A stretch of 64,000 bases of DNA from a virus. A program made the position numbers and the translations under genes. The notes below the pieces were generated by a model. It worked only from the letters and a program-made list of their open reading frames with translations, was not told the DNA's origin and made no database searches. The DNA lies in IMG/VR virus record IMGVR_UViG_3300027963_005443, one strand, 5' to 3'. Of the stretch, positions 59,327-64,000 are shown in pieces. Each line of letters opens with the position of its first letter. Within the stretch, counting starts at the first letter, position 1.

Positions 59327-59857
59327 TTATAGATTAAAAAATTGCCATCTATTTTTATTATCTATATTTTCATCATTATTAATGTGTAATATATAATCTT
59401 TTAATTCATTCCAATTAGAAAAAAACCATTGATGAGGCAATGTTCCAAAAAGCCAGTCTGGTGTGTTTTGTTTACCTTGTTCGATGTGAATAAGTATTGG
59501 TTTTTTTGAACGGTTGCATAAAAAAAGCTCTTCCCAGGTTCCGCAGGCATAATGCTCAAGATTAAGATTTACTATTAAAAAATCTGATATATCTACCATT
59601 CTTAGGTCTATATTTCTGATGGTTCTCATTAATGATGACAGCTCATCATATCTCTGATTATTTTTTAGTGTGGTTTTTATTTTGTGTGAGTCATTATCCT
59701 CAAGACCAACTGATGCCGGTTTACTAATAGGATTAAAAACAACAACTCCCAACTCCTCTAAAAAAGGAGTAATATCATCTCTCCAAGTCGTGCCTCTATC
59801 AGGAACTCTATCCATTGCCCCAACAAGATAAACTCTTTGATTCTTTAATCTTTTCAT
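59327..59857 (-). CDS. Nucleoside 2-deoxyribosyltransferase-like protein
   Basis: VYLVGAMD...WRDDI...VFNP, DLRMVDISDFLIV, GTWEEL. Start placed at MKRLKN. Confidence 0.7.
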   Translation of the reverse strand: MKRLKNQRVYLVGAMDRVPDRGTTWRDDITPFLEELGVVVFNPISKPASVGLEDNDSHKIKTTLKNNQRYDELSSLMRTIRNIDLRMVDISDFLIVNLNLEHYACGTWEELFLCNRSKKPILIHIEQGKQNTPDWLFGTLPHQWFFSNWNELKDYILHINNDENIDNKNRWQFFNL

Positions 59858-59896
59858 AAATAAGCCTTTTTTTCCATTATACATTATAAAAATGAA

Positions 59897-59929
59897 AAAA
59901 CCAAGGAACAATTAATGCTCCTTGGTTTT
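59897..59929. terminator. Intrinsic terminator-like hairpin
   Basis: aaaaccaagga-acaattaatgc-tccttggtttt. Confidence 0.55.
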
Positions 59930-59959
59930 ATTGGTCTTTAAATAAAACTTTCGACAGGG

Positions 59960-60229
59960 TTATTTATCACCCCCCTTCCCTTCGCCTACTTGCGAAGATT
60001 TCCACTGCTCAAATTCCTCGTTGAGCTGTCTTGCTTTATTTTCTAATTCTTTCATTTCATTTTGTAAATTTTCATAAACTTGCTTTAAATGCTCCTTTTT
60101 TTTCTTCTTTTCAGAATGTATTTCGGATATTTTAAGAGCAAATTCTTGAAAATTATCAGTCAAAAGATAATCAAATTGATTATCTTTTTTGTCTGTTTTG
60201 GCAGACTTATTCTCAACTATCATTTTCAA
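59960..60229 (-). CDS. Coiled-coil hypothetical protein
   Basis: 89 aa; GGAG SD. Confidence 0.6.
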   Translation of the reverse strand: MKMIVENKSAKTDKKDNQFDYLLTDNFQEFALKISEIHSEKKKKKEHLKQVYENLQNEMKELENKARQLNEEFEQWKSSQVGEGKGGDK

Positions 60230-60344
60230 TACTCCAGTGTGACATCCAGAAAACTCTGGTTAATGTTTGCATGATTCTCTTCAAATATTAACAAAATAAG
60301 AAGGTTGTCCTACAAACAAGACGCATTGTCTTGCGTTTGTTTTA

Positions 60345-60626
60345 TTAATTTAAAAAGAAATTTTCCAATAATTTATGGAACCATTCTCTTTGTTGATTTG
60401 GTATTGCTACAGAAAGATCTAATTGATTGTCTCCATATTTACCAGTATCAATTATCTTTAAAGAATAAAATAAATTTAATTCATTTTGATCTAAAGAATT
60501 TAAAAGATCTCCTATGGTCTTTTCTTCGGCCCAACTATCTACTATCTTGTCGTCAATAGATCTAAGAGTCTCTATTTCCGAATTATTTTCCTTTTCGGAT
60601 TTATTGAAATAATCTAACCAATTCAT
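60345..60626 (-). CDS. Hypothetical protein
   Basis: Start placed at MNWLDY, directly after the upstream stop. Confidence 0.55.
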   Translation of the reverse strand: MNWLDYFNKSEKENNSEIETLRSIDDKIVDSWAEEKTIGDLLNSLDQNELNLFYSLKIIDTGKYGDNQLDLSVAIPNQQREWFHKLLENFFLN

Positions 60627-60627
60627 T

Positions 60628-60921
60628 TTAATATTCTCCGTAGATATCCTTTGAATTGCCGACCCTGGAGTGCTTCTCCGCATTCATGCGCTCTTTTTTT
60701 GCACTATCCATATTAAACCCAGCTCTATATTCAAAGTTGTCCCACTTGCTACTTTCCTTTGGGTTAGTAAAACTGACGCCATAAGAGGAAAGAAGTTTTT
60801 CTTTTTTCTTAGACCCACAGTGTTCACATTCGACACCAGAGTATTTTCCTTCTGGGTCGTGTGAAATCAGAGCTTCATATGTTTTCTTACATTTTTTGCA
60901 AACAAACTCATAAATTGGAAT
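60628..60921 (-). CDS. FmdB-family zinc-ribbon protein (probable ATT start)
   Basis: PIYEFVCKKC...VECEHCGSKK.EKLLS; SD GAGGTG upstream of ATT. Confidence 0.8.
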   Translation of the reverse strand: MPIYEFVCKKCKKTYEALISHDPEGKYSGVECEHCGSKKKEKLLSSYGVSFTNPKESSKWDNFEYRAGFNMDSAKKERMNAEKHSRVGNSKDIYGEY

Positions 60922-60929
60922 AAGGCACC

Positions 60930-61196
60930 TCACTCATCTTTCATTTCAAGTAAATTTATAAATTCTTCATAAACCTTTTTTATAGAGCTCAATCTCTTTT
61001 CCACACTATAAAAGTTCCAAAAAAATGATTCTTCACAACATTTCATACTTTTATAGAGAATTTTATTCTTTAGATTTTTTTCCATTATATGAAGATGAAA
61101 ACCTTCTAATGCATTTTGTTGAGACATAAGATTTTTATATTCTCCTTCTTCTAAGAAATCATCAAATTCATCATCGCCATTATCAATATATCTCAT
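60930..61196 (-). CDS. Hypothetical protein
   Basis: 88 aa ORF. Confidence 0.6.
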   Translation of the reverse strand: MRYIDNGDDEFDDFLEEGEYKNLMSQQNALEGFHLHIMEKNLKNKILYKSMKCCEESFFWNFYSVEKRLSSIKKVYEEFINLLEMKDE

Positions 61197-61717
61197 TTTT
61201 TTCCTCTTTTTATTTTGCTTGAGTGGTCTTTTAGTTTTAGGTGTTTCTTGGCTAATTTGTAAACACAGCTCAAAAACTGTTTTGCGGTAACTACATCACG
61301 ATCTAAATACTGCGGATTTATTTGGAATGCAAAATTTTCTACTTCTTGATCCCAAATTATATCAACAACATCAAACTTGCTCAATTTCTCAAGAACATTT
61401 GAACATATTCTTATAGATAAATCTTTTATTAAAGAAGGAAATTCACTTACCTTTAAAAAAATATATTCATTGCTTTTATCACTCATTAAATAGTTTCTAA
61501 CTATCAAATCGGATTCTTTTGCTGGCAGCAAACAATCAAGCTCTTGAGCAAATTTTTTAGTTATTCTTCTGGAGAAGAGATCTTGAACCCTAGTCGACGG
61601 CAGGTTATTATTCGTGTATATAAAATGCCAATATGATGCATTTCTTATTTTCTCATGAACAAGATCATAGTCTTCTATGACCATGATTTCTTCTTTTTCA
61701 TCTTCATCATAAGACAT
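61193..61717 (-). CDS. Hypothetical protein
   Basis: 174 aa ORF. Confidence 0.6.
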   Translation of the reverse strand: MSYDEDEKEEIMVIEDYDLVHEKIRNASYWHFIYTNNNLPSTRVQDLFSRRITKKFAQELDCLLPAKESDLIVRNYLMSDKSNEYIFLKVSEFPSLIKDLSIRICSNVLEKLSKFDVVDIIWDQEVENFAFQINPQYLDRDVVTAKQFLSCVYKLAKKHLKLKDHSSKIKRGKK

Positions 61718-61761
61718 TAAATTTTCCTCATATAGTTATCATAGTTTATTTTGAAGAAAAT

Positions 61762-62244
61762 TTACAAATTGTTTAGTTTTTTAGAATACACCCATAATTC
61801 AAATTCATCGAATTTTTGAAATAATTTCTTATCCCAATTGTCTTCTTGAAAATCTGGGAACATAACATCTCCATCATATTCTTTACTTATCTTAGAAATA
61901 TACATCTTATCCACTAAATTCTTATCTAAGACATATTTATATAATTTACATCCACCAATAACAAATATTTTTTTATTTAAATTTATTTTATTACAGAAAT
62001 TAATAGATTCTTCAAAATTAGGAAAACAGTAAACATTTGCGTCTAATTTATTTTTAGTTAAAACTATGTTTAGTCTCTTGGGTAAAGGCTTACCTATGCT
62101 CTCATAAGTATTTCTCCCCATTACTACAATATTGTTTGTAGTAATCTGCTTAAAGAACGCCATGTCTTCTTTAATTTTCCATGGCAAAGAATTTTGTTTA
62201 CCCATGACTCTTTTAGGGTCATAGGCTGCGATTAAATTGATCAT
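61762..62244 (-). CDS. folA: Dihydrofolate reductase
   Basis: MGKQNSLPWKIKEDMAFFK, VMGRNTYESIGKPLPKRLNIVLT, VIGGCKLY, GDVMFP. Confidence 0.96.
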   Translation of the reverse strand: MINLIAAYDPKRVMGKQNSLPWKIKEDMAFFKQITTNNIVVMGRNTYESIGKPLPKRLNIVLTKNKLDANVYCFPNFEESINFCNKINLNKKIFVIGGCKLYKYVLDKNLVDKMYISKISKEYDGDVMFPDFQEDNWDKKLFQKFDEFELWVYSKKLNNL

Positions 62245-63101
62245 ACGGCCATTTCAACCTTTGGAAGGGGAGGATGAGGGTCATAATTAATTAACTCTAA
62301 ATCCTCGTAATTTAACTCTAACAACTCTTCAAGAGTAGAAAAATCTTTTTTAAACACAAGAGATGGCAATTGTCTTGGAACTCTAGTTATCTGCTGTTGA
62401 ACCGCCTCTAATTGATTATTATATAAATGTGCATCCCAACCAAAGTAAGTAAGTTCTCCCGGTTGTAAATTCAATAATTTACTAAAGGCAAGGTTTAAAA
62501 AAGCGTATCCCATTATATTGGTTGGAAGTCCTAGATACAAATCATTGCTTCTCATTACGAAACAACTATTGAGTTTATTTTCACTAACAGAATACATATG
62601 CATTATGTGGCAAGGAGGAAGAGGTGTGCCTGAATTTTGACTTGGATTCCAAGCAGTAACAATATGCCTTCTTCCATTGGGATCAGTCTTAAGGTTATTA
62701 ATTAAGTCTCTTATTTGATCAACACCATCACTGTTGCCCAAAGTTCCACCAAAATTTCTCCAAGAATGAGAATAGCCAGTCCCAATAGAACCTTCAGGAA
62801 GATGTGATAATCCACGATTATCTAAAAATTCTCTGGTTGTGTTTCCCCGCCAAATATTAATGTTTTTATCTTCAAGTTTCTTTGTATCTGTTTCTCCACG
62901 TAAAAAAAACATGGTTTCTTCAAAGGCAATCCTAAAAGAAACCTTCCTTGTCGTGACCATTGGGAAACCATCGGATAGATTCCACTTAAGGGTGGCACCA
63001 TTAATAAAACGACTACCTATGCCCGTCCTATCTTGTCTGTCAGTGCCAGACGACAAAACATTGCTAAGTAAGCTGATGTAATTTTCCATGCTAAGCATCA
63101 A
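62241..63101 (-). CDS. thyA: Thymidylate synthase
   Basis: DRTGIG, FPMVTTRK, RRHIVTAWNP, LPPCH, RSNDLYLGLPTN, DAHLY. Confidence 0.96.
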   Translation of the reverse strand: MMLSMENYISLLSNVLSSGTDRQDRTGIGSRFINGATLKWNLSDGFPMVTTRKVSFRIAFEETMFFLRGETDTKKLEDKNINIWRGNTTREFLDNRGLSHLPEGSIGTGYSHSWRNFGGTLGNSDGVDQIRDLINNLKTDPNGRRHIVTAWNPSQNSGTPLPPCHIMHMYSVSENKLNSCFVMRSNDLYLGLPTNIMGYAFLNLAFSKLLNLQPGELTYFGWDAHLYNNQLEAVQQQITRVPRQLPSLVFKKDFSTLEELLELNYEDLELINYDPHPPLPKVEMAV

Positions 63102-63496
63102 GCAGAAGGGTTTTCACCAGTCTGTCCAGCGGGTTCAGAAATCTGTTGTGATGTTTTTGTGATATTTATTTTATTAATAGGAAGACCAACAGAAGAAAGT
63201 AATGATTCTAGCTCTTTTATAGAGCTATAAATATTATCTTTTGGATCATTCTTTTCGTCGTAGTCTTTCATTAATGCAGTAGCTATTTTTTGTAAAATTT
63301 TAAGATAGTTTAGACCTATATCTTTCTTAAGTAATGGTCTTATCTTATTGACTATATTGATAACATATACAAAAACATCTTTCTTACTCATTACATCTAT
63401 ATCTGAGTAGATATCTTGTAGCGAAGACAGTATGTCTCCAACCTTAACGGCAAAATCTGATTTATTTTCACTAAGTAAAAAGTCTTTAAATTCCAT
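63098..63496 (-). CDS. Hypothetical protein with CTS-like N-terminus
   Basis: MEFKDFLLSE start, preceded by TAAATA. Confidence 0.65.
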   Translation of the reverse strand: MEFKDFLLSENKSDFAVKVGDILSSLQDIYSDIDVMSKKDVFVYVINIVNKIRPLLKKDIGLNYLKILQKIATALMKDYDEKNDPKDNIYSSIKELESLLSSVGLPINKINITKTSQQISEPAGQTGENPSA

Positions 63497-63500
63497 AAAG

Positions 63501-64000
63501 TTATTTACTTTTTTTTGTTAATTTTTTTTTATTTTCCAAGGCCGCCGAAACAAAACCTTTAAAAAGAGGAGCGGCATCTGACAATCTGCTCTTAAATTCT
63601 GGATGTGCTTGTGTTCCGACAAAAAATGGATGCTTTAGTTGATCTAATTCCATTATTTCAACTAATTTGGTTTCCGGGTTAAATCCAGATAGATTTAAGC
63701 CCTTCTTAGCAAAAATCTCTAAATACTTAGGATTAACCTCGAGCCTATGTCTGTGCCTTTCGCTTATTGTGTTTTTATTGTCCCATCTATTTGGCGACCC
63801 AGAATAAACATTGTGAGCAATTGTGCCTTTAATTAATTCACAATTATAAGATCCTAATCTCATACTAGCGCTCTTAACTGCTATATCTTTTTGTCCTACT
63901 AAATAATGAACAACTGGGTCAACTGCATCTTTGTCGAATTCTTGGCTATTAGCCCCCAGCATACTGCAAACATTTTTAGCAAATTCAATTACTGCACATT
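63501..64000 (-). CDS. pyrG: CTP synthase, C-terminal glutaminase part (truncated by window edge)
   Basis: CAVIEFAKNV upstream in frame; MRLGSY, ERHRHRLEVNP, HPFFVGTQAHPEFKSR. Confidence 0.95.
   Translation of the reverse strand, partial: CAVIEFAKNVCSMLGANSQEFDKDAVDPVVHYLVGQKDIAVKSASMRLGSYNCELIKGTIAHNVYSGSPNRWDNKNTISERHRHRLEVNPKYLEIFAKKGLNLSGFNPETKLVEIMELDQLKHPFFVGTQAHPEFKSRLSDAAPLFKGFVSAALENKKKLTKKSK

Noticed and set aside
1-64000. tRNA/rRNA genes and an alternative genetic code
   Set aside because: No T-loop (GTTCRA) cloverleaf or rRNA-like tract was seen. Conserved enzymes are full-length under code 11 and all three stop codons terminate genes.
61762-64000. folA-thyA-pyrG cluster as a novel pathway
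   Set aside because: Ordinary nucleotide-supply genes of large phages; thyA is uninterrupted and has canonical motifs.

Overview
AT-rich, densely coding segment of what is most likely a large (jumbo/huge) T4-like dsDNA bacteriophage. No capsid or terminase genes are in the window. The assignment rests on phoH, dnaE (split), thyA/folA/pyrG/purA, phage-type infC and rpsU, many short hypotheticals with T4-like N-termini, and the absence of housekeeping operons. Standard genetic code; TAA, TAG and TGA are all used as stops. Main themes: (1) About ten long Thr/Pro-repeat (mucin-like), often Cys-rich modular proteins, probably virion fibres or spikes, carrying FGE-sulfatase/C-type-lectin, RCC1, beta-propeller, Ig, LamG-like and protease domains. 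All six FGE-type domains are circularly permuted, with two different breakpoints. (2) A glycosylation toolkit: a GT60 (Gnt1/Gnt2-like polypeptide GlcNAc-transferase) homologue, three GT2-like and two GT9-like enzymes, RmlC and an alginate lyase. The best candidate for an undescribed system is phage-encoded mucin-type O-glycosylation of these proteins. (3) An intein-less split DnaE with a degenerate duplicated junction. (4) A ~123-bp TnpB/IS605 right-end remnant of omega-RNA size. (5) Translation-initiation genes (IF-3, bS21) and a probable ATT-start gene. All annotation is by motif recognition only; no searches were run.
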